Sequence record: DRR723986_2372
DNA length: 20,000 bases
Strand: one strand, 5' to 3'
This document shows positions 1 through 8,243 of this stretch, piece by piece (positions within the stretch are counted from its first letter, which is position 1; each line of letters begins with the position of its first letter). The notes below the pieces were generated by a model. It saw nothing but the letters and a program-made list of their open reading frames with translations. It made no database searches and had not been told where the DNA came from. Made by a program: the position numbers and the translations under genes.

Positions 1-770
1 ATCTGCACTTCATCGGATCGCCCCGACGCCTTGACCGCTGCCAGGGCCCCGAGGGCCATGCTGTCATTCGCACACAAAATCGCCTTCACGTTCGGGTGCT
101 CGGATAGAATCGACGAGGCGATCGTATTCGCGCTGGACATTTCCCAGTCGGCAGACTGACTGCTGACAATTTTCAGCTCGAGTTCTGAGCAAGCTTTTTC
201 AAATCCCGCTAAACGCTGCGCTGCGTTAAACGATGTGCGAATACCTTCTAAGATGGCTACTTCATCGCCCGCGGAGACGTGCTCGCCAAGCCGCATGGCT
301 ACTTCGTAGGCTCCTTGCAAATTGTCCGGACCGACGAACGGGATCTCGACGCCCTCCTGCTTCAGCACGCTTGCATCAAGCTGATTGTCAATATTAACAA
401 CGACCACCCCCGCCTCCTGCGCCTTGCGGAGCGCCGGCACGAGCGCTTTGGAGTCTGCGGGAGCGATCACAATCGCCCGTGCTCCAGCGGCAACCATTTC
501 ATCAACCAAAGCAACTTGCCGCCCCAAGTCGCGTTCGTCCTTGATTCCCACAGCCAGCAGCTCGTACTTGTCAGCATTTTCTTTGGCGTGAGCTTCTGCT
601 CCTTGCTGCATGGTCGCGAAGAATTCATTGGCAAGCGACTTCATCACCAAAGCGACTTTGGGCTTTCCCGACGCTGCTTCACTATCCGACTTGGGACTCC
701 CCGAGCAGCCGGCCATAGCGACGCAAAGCACCAGTGAAGCCGCGGCAAGCGTGAGACTGCGTGTCGTCAT
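1..770 (-). CDS. rbsB: Sugar ABC transporter substrate-binding lipoprotein, RbsB/periplasmic binding protein type 1 family, probably ribose; 3' end runs off the window
   Basis: Not in the ORF track. Manual translation from the ATG at 770 gives MTTRSLTLAAASLVLCVAMAGCSG (lipobox MAG-C), then KVALVMKSLANEFF...AIVIAPADS...VVNID...FVGPDN...AILCANDSMALGA, typical RbsB-family motifs. AGGA lies about 10 nt upstream, and a ribokinase gene is nearby on the same strand. Confidence 0.9.
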   Translation of the reverse strand, partial: MTTRSLTLAAASLVLCVAMAGCSGSPKSDSEAASGKPKVALVMKSLANEFFATMQQGAEAHAKENADKYELLAVGIKDERDLGRQVALVDEMVAAGARAIVIAPADSKALVPALRKAQEAGVVVVNIDNQLDASVLKQEGVEIPFVGPDNLQGAYEVAMRLGEHVSAGDEVAILEGIRTSFNAAQRLAGFEKACSELELKIVSSQSADWEMSSANTIASSILSEHPNVKAILCANDSMALGALAAVKASGRSDEVQ

Positions 771-1028
771 GATATTGATTCCTGGTTCTTCGTGTAGAAC
801 GCTTTATGATTACGGAATGCACGCAGGCGCAACGCCAGAATCCAGCCTTGCAGATCCGGTGCAATTTACTGTTGTCCAGCTTGCCGCATAAGTGCAACCT
901 TGCTCGATGCCATTGTATTGGAAAACTCACCAAACCGCAGTACCGTAGTGAAGGCAGCTTGCCTGCAACCCATAAGTCGATTGGGCGGCGTTTTTGATTT
1001 GGCCGATCAGACCTGACCGCGCTCGCTT

Positions 1029-1072
1029 GCAGCACCGCCTTTAGGCGGAATTCCGGCTAAAGCCGGTACTAC
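1029..1072. repeat. Inverted dimer of GTAG-tagged REP-like palindromes
   Basis: GCAGCACCGCCTTTAGGCGG (1029-1048) + AATT + CCGGCTAAAGCCGGTACTAC (1053-1072, reverse complement GTAGTACCGGCTTTAGCCGG). Each 20-mer has its own hairpin (CCGCCT-TT-AGGCGG and CCGGCT-TT-AGCCGG) with a compensatory stem change, and a GTAG/GCAG 5' tag. Confidence 0.7.
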
Positions 1073-1081
1073 GAACCCCGG

Positions 1082-1267
1082 GTGACTATACCTTGGGGGG
1101 TAAACGTCAGGTTCAACCCACCGACGCGCATTCCTGGCATACTTGTGCGTCCTGGTGGTGTTCCAGCAGCCAAAGACCTTACCCCGCTAACACTAAGAAA
1201 ACAATTCACTGTATCACTAGTGGCGAGGAGTCGGCTCGGTTACTCCCCGATGCACGACGGGACGTAA
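1082..1267 (+). pseudogene. Possible 5'-truncated gene remnant (61 codons) abutting the REP dimer
   Basis: The frame is open from inside the REP to TAA at 1265-1267 and has no RBS. The stop lies 13 nt before the AAGGAG of the next gene, as a cotranscribed upstream gene end would. No recognisable domain. Confidence 0.25.
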
Positions 1268-1296
1268 CATCTTCCCAACAAAGGAGAATCGAAGAT

Positions 1297-2151
1297 ATGT
1301 TCGTAGCATCTGCATGCTCAATACTGTTTGCGTGTTGCCAAGTACTACCTGGAACATCGGGGACGGACGATATAAGGCGCTGTCTCGCGCGAGTTGAAGC
1401 TGAATTAGAGAGATCTTTGCCTAACGAGCAAAAACTAGAATCGCTCCATACAGACATACTAGAAGCGGCAACCGCGCTAAAACCCTCCGATTTCGGGAGG
1501 TACGTTGACGAAATGGCTTCGGGGGATCTCGCTTTTGTATTGTTGCTACTGAACGGGCCGGAGACCTTCTTTGACACGGTCGAAAACCCAGGATTTAGTG
1601 AGGACCAACGAAATGCGTACAACAGCGCCTTAGTTAGGAAGTTACAGACTACCCCTGCCTTTCTACAGAGATTCACGGAGTTCTTTCGATGGACGGATGG
1701 CTTCCGAGTACCCGATCTCCTCGATACCAATCCTAGATCTGCCGAGACTTCTTTCGTCGTGGAAGTTTCGTCAACCATCCAGCATGTCAGGGAAGAAGGG
1801 CCGATTTCTTACGACCATGTTGAGATCGTGTGTTATGGCTATTTGCATTCGTATTCAGAATTTAACGAGTGCAAGGACGCTGCAGCATTTCGCAATCAAG
1901 CTGCCGACTTCTTGGAGTACCTTGAAGCTTCCGAATTCACGACAACATCTGGCCAACGTTGGACCGCGAGTGCTGGGGCTGAATCGCGTGTGGCCGGAGG
2001 TGCTGGCCCGAAACTACCTAGGCTAGTCCGGCCAACAACACCGTGTTCACAGATGTCAAAACCGCTAGAGCGTTTACTCTTGTTTGCTCCCCGAACGATT
2101 CTGCAAGCCAGTAGTTACAGATCCCCAAACGGAAGGATCGCAGTTAACTAG
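1297..2151 (+). CDS. Hypothetical protein (~284 aa), possibly exported
   Basis: Within ORF 1093..2151. The ATG at 1297 follows AAGGAG at 1281-1286. The N-terminus MFVASACSILFACCQVLPG is hydrophobic, the rest looks helical, and no family was recognised. AT-richer than the flanks. Confidence 0.7.
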   Translation: MFVASACSILFACCQVLPGTSGTDDIRRCLARVEAELERSLPNEQKLESLHTDILEAATALKPSDFGRYVDEMASGDLAFVLLLLNGPETFFDTVENPGFSEDQRNAYNSALVRKLQTTPAFLQRFTEFFRWTDGFRVPDLLDTNPRSAETSFVVEVSSTIQHVREEGPISYDHVEIVCYGYLHSYSEFNECKDAAAFRNQAADFLEYLEASEFTTTSGQRWTASAGAESRVAGGAGPKLPRLVRPTTPCSQMSKPLERLLLFAPRTILQASSYRSPNGRIAVN

Positions 2152-2236
2152 TGTATGATTGCAGGCCGGCTACCTGCACGACGAGATGCGGCATGTTTTT
2201 CAGAAGATGGCCCGACGCTAACACGGGTGATTTGCG

Positions 2237-2641
2237 ATGAAATTCAGTCTGAAGTTCTTGTTCGGCTTGCTACTGCTTCATGCAATCTACTTCGGCGCAA
2301 TTCGAACATTTGCAAACTCGGCTGCTGCCGAAGTACGAAGTCCAATCCATGCAACCGCGTTGGCTTGGCTAGTGGGCGTCTGGGGAGGTGCCGCGCTCGG
2401 CTGTATTTCGATCTGGTTTCGAACTAGATCTGGCGCTATGCCCAAGCTTAGCCAACACAATGCACGCCACTTTAGCTACAGCCTTGCATTGGTGTTTGCA
2501 CTTGTACTTTGCCTCCAGTTGTACGTTGTGCAATTGAATGGGAAGGCATGGCTCGCCGGAGCAGTCTGCACAGCTTTGCCCTTGGGTTCGATCTTAACGT
2601 GGAGCTTCGTAACTCCTGAAAGGAAGACGACTGCAGATTGA
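2237..2641 (+). CDS. Small hypothetical membrane protein (134 aa, ~4 hydrophobic segments)
   Basis: ATG start MKFSLKFLFGLLLLHAIYFG, with four hydrophobic stretches and a short charged C-tail. No family recognised. Confidence 0.6.
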   Translation: MKFSLKFLFGLLLLHAIYFGAIRTFANSAAAEVRSPIHATALAWLVGVWGGAALGCISIWFRTRSGAMPKLSQHNARHFSYSLALVFALVLCLQLYVVQLNGKAWLAGAVCTALPLGSILTWSFVTPERKTTAD

Positions 2642-2710
2642 AAATTTGCTGGCCAGGTCCAGAGTGATTGCAGTCAAGCTACCCGCGCTACGTTTGTAAG
2701 CCTGTTGCGA

Positions 2711-3688
2711 TTACCGTTTTAGTTGCCGATGCAACAGATCCCGGATCTCAGCTTCGGTCGGAAGGCTGGGCTGGGCGCCCGGACGAGAGGCAGCAAGCGC
2801 ACCGGCGGCACAAGCAAACTTGATCGCAGGTTCTAGTGATGTCGCGGAGCATGCGTTCACAACGTCTGCGGGCCAGCAGCTAGCTAACGCTCCTGCGAAC
2901 GCATCGCCGGCTGCTGTCGAGTCAACTGCTTGAATCGGAAGTGGGTCGATAAAGAACACCGCGGGCGCATTTTTTTCTTGGGGCTTTGCTGATTCGGACA
3001 CACAACAGACTACCCCCTGAGCCCCCAGCGTGACAATTGCGTATTTGACGCCGCGACGACATATCTCCTGGGCCGCCTCAGCCGCAGCCTCCTTGGATTC
3101 AATGGCGCGGCCCAGCAGTGCCGAAGCTTCTGCTTCATTGGGGCAGAGGATATCGGCGGCCCAAACGAACTCGGGCCTTTCGCTCGGCGCTGGCGCTGGA
3201 TCGAGTAGCACGAGTGTGCCAGATCGCCGTGCAATACGCATTGCCGCACCGACAGCATCCAAGGGGATCTCGAGCTGCATGACCAGTACATCCGCCTCAG
3301 CGATTTCGTCCCGGAACGCCTCAACGTCGCCAGGAGTCAATTGGCTGTTCGCGCCTGGGGCGACCATGATCGAATTCTCGCCGGAGTCTTCCACGCCGAT
3401 CACAGCAAGGCCGCTGAGCTGTCCGGGAATCTGCGTGATGAAGTCCGTACCAACGCCACTGGACGCAAGTCCCGCCTGCAATTTCGGAGCGAACGCATCG
3501 GCCCCAAGCCTTCCGAGCATGATCGTCGATGCACCGGCACGAGCAGCGGCGACAGCTTGATTGGCCCCCTTGCCACCTGGGACCTCTTGCGCCCCACGAG
3601 CCAACACAGTCTCGCCTGGAACGGGGAGTCGCTCGCAATCGACGACTAAGTCCATGTTGATTGAGCCAATTACGGCTACACGATTCAC
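2711..3688 (-). CDS. rbsK: Ribokinase (PfkB family)
   Basis: N-terminal VIGSINMDL, GGKGANQAVAAARAG, QLEIP, PNEAEA, VTLGAQG, and the PfkB signature DSTAAGDAF. Confidence 0.95.
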   Translation of the reverse strand: MNRVAVIGSINMDLVVDCERLPVPGETVLARGAQEVPGGKGANQAVAAARAGASTIMLGRLGADAFAPKLQAGLASSGVGTDFITQIPGQLSGLAVIGVEDSGENSIMVAPGANSQLTPGDVEAFRDEIAEADVLVMQLEIPLDAVGAAMRIARRSGTLVLLDPAPAPSERPEFVWAADILCPNEAEASALLGRAIESKEAAAEAAQEICRRGVKYAIVTLGAQGVVCCVSESAKPQEKNAPAVFFIDPLPIQAVDSTAAGDAFAGALASCWPADVVNACSATSLEPAIKFACAAGALAASRPGAQPSLPTEAEIRDLLHRQLKR

Positions 3689-3779
3689 GTGAGCATCCTT
3701 TTGCGTTTGCCAACTGAGAGATTTTTGGCTGCGTGCAGCGCTGAGCGGGGCGCGACGGCAGTGGACCGCCAGCGTTTTT

Positions 3780-4853
3780 CTATGGAGCAGAAAGGTGCGG
3801 TGGTTCTGAAGAGAGGAGCATCAGTGTCTCGCGAATACGGTCCTTGGATTCCTCAGCCAAGATCAGATAGCGGTGGTTGCCATCATCCGTCTTTTCGAAA
3901 GTGGTCAAGCCATCGTCCTTCACCGTGACTTTACCGAGCTCAGTTGCATCGAAGTACTCATGACTTGGGCGGACGCCAACCAAGACGCTGGTCAAATCCC
4001 AGGTCGGTCGGTCATGAGGCGGCGGATTGTAAAGAATGTAGGCTTCAGGCAGAGGATGCGCTTCTGCATATCGAAAGTCCTCTTCGATACTACGATGAGG
4101 GTACGTCAGCGACAGTCCAATCTCAAAGCCGCTCCACCATACTTCTGTTGGCCAGTCGTTGGCCAATTTCTGTGCCGCTGGAATATCTTTGACGATGTTG
4201 TACTCGCGATGATCGTAGGGTGAGCCTTCTTTGCCAGGGATTCGCTTGAACGCACCGGCCATGATCGAGAGAAGCTTTACTTTCTTCTTGACCAGCTCCA
4301 CGCCAGTTAGCGAGCTGAACTTGTCGGCGGGTGAACTGAGTAGGTTGGCTAGGTTTGTCGAAAATCCAACTTGAACAATCACAACCGTGTTGTCCTCCGC
4401 AGCAGCTAAGTGCTCCCTAATGACGTCAACTGCCGGCGGGGCATCTTCACCGCTGCGCAAATCGTGGGGAAACCGATCGTTACCAGCAGCATCCTTTGCA
4501 GTAGCCAAGATATTGAATTTCCCTGCGTGAGGTGTGACGCCAGAATCGCATACTCCAATCGGAATTTCACCGCGACCGTAGAACGTATTTACGCAGTCGA
4601 CAAACGGTGCTGCAAGTTTATGGTCCTTCGTTATCGTTACCGCGAGCAACTCGCATTCGCCGCGTGACTGGAGGGCGTGCAACATGCCCAGCGCGAGAAC
4701 GTCGTCACAGTCGTTGCCAATGTCGGTGTCAAAGATGATGGGCGTCGGCTCGGGCGATCGAGATTCTTGCGCCAAAATCTGTTCGTGAACGTGGCATGTA
4801 ACGAGCAGCGCGATGCACGCGACGACACACAGGTTTCGCAAAGAGCTATTCAT
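3780..4853 (-). CDS. Inosine/uridine-preferring nucleoside hydrolase (IU-NH) family protein with predicted signal peptide
   Basis: IIFDTDIGNDCDDVLAL matches the DxDxxxDD Ca2+-binding motif; also VGFSTNLA, EYNI and PTWD. Start reassigned to ATG 4853 (MNSSLRNLCVVACIALLVTCHV...ILAQ, signal-peptide-like). Confidence 0.88.
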   Translation of the reverse strand: MNSSLRNLCVVACIALLVTCHVHEQILAQESRSPEPTPIIFDTDIGNDCDDVLALGMLHALQSRGECELLAVTITKDHKLAAPFVDCVNTFYGRGEIPIGVCDSGVTPHAGKFNILATAKDAAGNDRFPHDLRSGEDAPPAVDVIREHLAAAEDNTVVIVQVGFSTNLANLLSSPADKFSSLTGVELVKKKVKLLSIMAGAFKRIPGKEGSPYDHREYNIVKDIPAAQKLANDWPTEVWWSGFEIGLSLTYPHRSIEEDFRYAEAHPLPEAYILYNPPPHDRPTWDLTSVLVGVRPSHEYFDATELGKVTVKDDGLTTFEKTDDGNHRYLILAEESKDRIRETLMLLSSEPPHLSAP

Positions 4854-5114
4854 GTTGAGAGGCTTTGATTGTTGAGTAGATGCAGTGATGAGTTGACGCA
4901 GTGAACTGTAGGCAGCAACGGTCTTCAGGCTGGTTAAAGGGGCTGAGTAAACCCCTGTGGCCATTGTACAGAAACGATGCGGCCGATAATTGTGTCGATT
5001 GTCGGCGCTTGCCTGTGGGCATCGCCCGTGAGGGCTTGAGCTGAATAGGCTGAGTGATGGGGCGAGCGGCCAGCAAACGGGGCACACTTAGGCCTTAAGT
5101 CCTGAACCTGGTTC

Positions 5115-5129
5115 TGGCATTGTGCTTGC
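5115..5129 (+). promoter_or_regulatory. Candidate sigma-54 (-24/-12) promoter for the MFS transporter
   Basis: TGGCATTGTGCTTGC has GG-N10-GC with TGGCA and TTGC conserved versus the consensus TGGCACG-N4-TTGC. It is intergenic, correctly oriented, and about 105 bp before ATG 5234. Confidence 0.5.
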
Positions 5130-5233
5130 GTTGGAATTATAAGTGGAAGCTCTGGGCAAAGCCGCGTACGCACCATGCGAATTTGCTGTGGGAATTTTGG
5201 TGCGAATCTCGAATTCCACTTCGCGCCTCGCCC

Positions 5234-6526
5234 ATGCTCTTTCGCTTTAGCCTATACGGATTTCTGAAGAACCAGAGATACTTCGAGCCCTTCTTCATGC
5301 TTGCCCTGTTATCGCACGGGGTGAGCTTCTTCACGATTGGGTGGCTGTATGCATTTCGGATGCTGACCATCAATCTACTGGAGATTCCTTCTGGGATCAT
5401 CGCTGACGGACACGGTCGACGAGTCACGATGATCGTTTCTCTGGTCGCTTATGTGCTGAGCTTCGCACTATTTGGACTAGCAACCAACGTTCCATTGCTA
5501 TTTCTGGCAATGTTCCTGTTTGGTGTCGGGGACGCCCTGAGAACTGGCACTCACAAGGCCATGATATTTGAGTGGCTGAAGCTGTGCGGCGAAGAGGAAG
5601 ACGCGGCCCGAGTGTATGGGCTAACGCGCAGTTGGAGCAAAGTCGGCTCAGCGGTCAGCGCGGTCATTGCGGCAATTCTCGTCATTGTCACCGACGACTA
5701 CCAAAGCGTATTTTTCTTTGCCGCAATTCCCTATGCTTGCAACGTGGTCAACCTAATCGGCTATCCGGCTGAGCTGGATGGGCTCGTTTACCGCGAGCCC
5801 GTCTGGGACACCATTCGTAGCCTTGTCAGAAGATTCAAATCCAGCATCAGGGAGGCTTGGCACCGAGCCAGCCTGCGGCAGGTATTTATCGAGTCGATGG
5901 CTTGGGACGGTGTCTACGCCGCGACCAAGGACTTTATCCAGCCCGCGATGTTGGTGCTAGTGACGGCCGGTTTACTAGGCGTCTATGTTGACTCCGCCGA
6001 CAAAGCCGCGAGCGGACAGGTTAATACGGCGGCGGTAATTGCGATTGCGGCAGTCTATGTTGTGCTATTTCTAGGGAGCAGCTTCGCAAGTCGCTTTGCG
6101 CACGTCTTACCAAAGCGACTTGGGAATGAGCGTTCTGCCGCTAGTGTGCTGTGGATCACCAGCGCGGCCCTGTTCGCTGGAATGCTCGTTTTCGATCTGA
6201 CAGGCCTAAATGCACTAGTTGTGATTGCATTTCTTTGCCTCGCTCTTGCACAAAACCTGTGGCGACCACTATTGATCGCGCGAATCGACTCCGAAACAGA
6301 AGCATCCCGTAAAGCAACAGTCTTATCTCTGGAGAGCCAATCGCAGCGTCTTGCCACGCTGATTCTTAGCCCAATTGTCGGCGGCTTAGTCGACATGGCG
6401 ACGCGCGGTAGCCTGCCTGGAAAGTTTTGGCCGGTGGCAATCGCCGGCCTACTTTCATCGGTTTTGATCCTGCTTTGCTACTACCGCGGCCCAAAGGCTG
6501 CACCGTCGGTCGCATCCAACGACTGA
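5234..6526 (+). CDS. Major facilitator superfamily transporter
   Basis: About 12 hydrophobic segments and MFS motif A-like EIPSGIIADGHGRR. Start reassigned to ATG 5234 (MLFRFSLYGFLKN). Confidence 0.88.
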   Translation: MLFRFSLYGFLKNQRYFEPFFMLALLSHGVSFFTIGWLYAFRMLTINLLEIPSGIIADGHGRRVTMIVSLVAYVLSFALFGLATNVPLLFLAMFLFGVGDALRTGTHKAMIFEWLKLCGEEEDAARVYGLTRSWSKVGSAVSAVIAAILVIVTDDYQSVFFFAAIPYACNVVNLIGYPAELDGLVYREPVWDTIRSLVRRFKSSIREAWHRASLRQVFIESMAWDGVYAATKDFIQPAMLVLVTAGLLGVYVDSADKAASGQVNTAAVIAIAAVYVVLFLGSSFASRFAHVLPKRLGNERSAASVLWITSAALFAGMLVFDLTGLNALVVIAFLCLALAQNLWRPLLIARIDSETEASRKATVLSLESQSQRLATLILSPIVGGLVDMATRGSLPGKFWPVAIAGLLSSVLILLCYYRGPKAAPSVASND

Positions 6527-6884
6527 TCGACATCCGAGCACCCACCGGCTCAGTGGGCGAAACAAGCCCAATCCACCAGACTTCACCGCTCTTTTGGGTG
6601 GTTTCACGTTCAACTTCGATGTCGAGCAGTGATTCGCTGGGCGGTCGCGCAATTCGAGCCCGCCGTCAAAGACTGCCTGTTTTGCCTACACCCCCAGCAG
6701 GCTAGGCGGCAATGGTGATTTGGGTAAGGGAATACGCATTTTCGACAAGGTTTACCTAGTGTGACTCAATTCTTTTTCCCAGACCATCCGATACTACCCG
6801 CACAACCAGATTTTTGTGCGTGCGCTCCGACGAGCTTCGTGAGCGCCTTGGGGGCGAATCCGTTTGCTACGGTGGAAGGTAGTT

Positions 6885-8030
6885 ATGTCGTTTCTCAATT
6901 TAGCTTCGCGTGTCATGGCCGCAGTTACGCTTGTCGTAACTGCCCCGGCTGCAATCGGTGAAACATTTCACCCGTTCGCTGATCCAATGGAGTTCGATCC
7001 GGATTGGCAATTCTTTGCACCGGTCGATGTCGATTCTCTTATGGAGACCTCGCCTCGGAAGCGGGCGAATACAGGGTGGTTCGCAACCTATGATCGAACC
7101 TATCTTTGGACATCACGTCCGGAAGTCGAACAATCGGCTGCCGACGGAGACTTCGGGTGGGGCAATCGCTTCGACCTGGGATTGATGACTGAAGACGAAA
7201 ACGGATGGCTCTTGAGCTTCCGAAACATGGGTGGGCCCAACACCTACGATCGGGTCTATCAAGAACGGATCAACCGAGTGAATACAGCCGATGTCGGTGA
7301 TCCTGTTGCTCCTATCGCCCCTTTCCCAGATGCGAATGATGAGCAGCTTGGCACGCGGGCATACATCCTTGGCGATAGCTTGAACGTCGTGAACTTTTCA
7401 AGCTTCGAGATCAATAAGACGTGGCGTCGCGAGCCTTATCGTTACGGCGGTATCATCGAGCCGATGGTAGGTTTCCGATACTCTACTTTCAACGACTTTG
7501 CGTTGAATCAGCTCTACAATCGCTCGCTCAATCAAATTACAACACCGGGCGGCGTAACTGCATCAACGCAGCTAGAAACACTGATTTCGCATGAGACGCG
7601 TATCAGAAACCAGATGGTCGGTGGACAATTGGGGGCTCGTTACTTTACGAACTACCAACGATGGACGCTTTCGGGGGAATTCCGAGCTTTCGCAACCGCG
7701 AACTTCCAAAACCGAACCTACAACCAACGAACCTTCACGACCGAGTACGCCGCAGCCCCAGCGATCAACGCCGCGGTCTCTGCAACCGACTTCTCAACGG
7801 GGTCTTTTGTAGTGCACGAGAGCAATAACGAATTCGTGTTCGGGTTCGAGGCACGTGCTGAAGCTGCTTACCAGGTAACCCGAGCCTTTAATATCAGGGC
7901 GGGCGTCGACGTTCTAAACTTCGCTCAGGGAATTTGGCGGGGTGGCAATCCTGGCTTCGGGCAAGTGGGGAACCACGATCAGGATGTCCAGATGGCAGGT
8001 TTCACGTTTGGTATGACGCTGAACCGCTAA
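6885..8030 (+). CDS. Putative outer-membrane beta-barrel protein, BBP7-like (planctomycete family)
   Basis: Signal-like N-terminus MSFLNLASRVMAAVTLVVTAPAAIG after GGAAGG. Alternating aromatic/polar strands (MVGFRY, MVGGQLGARY, FVFGFEARAEAAYQV, FNIRAGVDV) and a C-terminal strand AGFTFGMTLNR. Confidence 0.7.
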   Translation: MSFLNLASRVMAAVTLVVTAPAAIGETFHPFADPMEFDPDWQFFAPVDVDSLMETSPRKRANTGWFATYDRTYLWTSRPEVEQSAADGDFGWGNRFDLGLMTEDENGWLLSFRNMGGPNTYDRVYQERINRVNTADVGDPVAPIAPFPDANDEQLGTRAYILGDSLNVVNFSSFEINKTWRREPYRYGGIIEPMVGFRYSTFNDFALNQLYNRSLNQITTPGGVTASTQLETLISHETRIRNQMVGGQLGARYFTNYQRWTLSGEFRAFATANFQNRTYNQRTFTTEYAAAPAINAAVSATDFSTGSFVVHESNNEFVFGFEARAEAAYQVTRAFNIRAGVDVLNFAQGIWRGGNPGFGQVGNHDQDVQMAGFTFGMTLNR

Positions 8031-8155
8031 GGTGCCTGCACCGCACTGCAACTCAGGACACTGTTGGAGCAGGATACTACACACGACGGCGTGATGCTGC
8101 TTTGATCGACAGAGTCCACTTGACTGGTTGAAAAAGCTCCTTCCACAGCTAAAAC

Positions 8156-8195
8156 AAAAGCCCTAGGCGAACAGCAGTTCGTACTAGGGCTTTTT
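8156..8195. terminator. Bidirectional rho-independent terminator between the convergent beta-barrel gene and ppk2
   Basis: AAAAGCCCTAG-GCGAAC-AGCA-GTTCGT-A-CTAGGGCTTTTT: a stem with an A-tract on the left and a T-tract on the right. Confidence 0.8.
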
Positions 8196-8243
8196 CAATT
8201 AACGACGTGTTGCAGTTGATCGCAGTTAGTAACCGGGCAATTG

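Noticed and set aside
279..891. Plus-strand ORFs 279..737, 385..591 and 610..891
   Set aside because: Antisense shadows of the RbsB-like gene on the minus strand.
893..912. TGGCA...TTGCA on the minus strand upstream of rbsB as a sigma-54 promoter
   Set aside because: The spacing is 4 nt too long for GG-N10-GC.
1134..1147. TGGCATACTTGTGC upstream of the orphan gene as a sigma-54 promoter
   Set aside because: The GG-to-GC spacing is 9 rather than 10, and the TTGC element is absent.
4854..5233. N-terminal extensions of the hydrolase (to 5087) and MFS (from 5120) in the ORF track
   Set aside because: The extensions look non-protein-like. Downstream ATGs give a signal peptide or a family-like start, and the 5120 start overlaps the candidate promoter.
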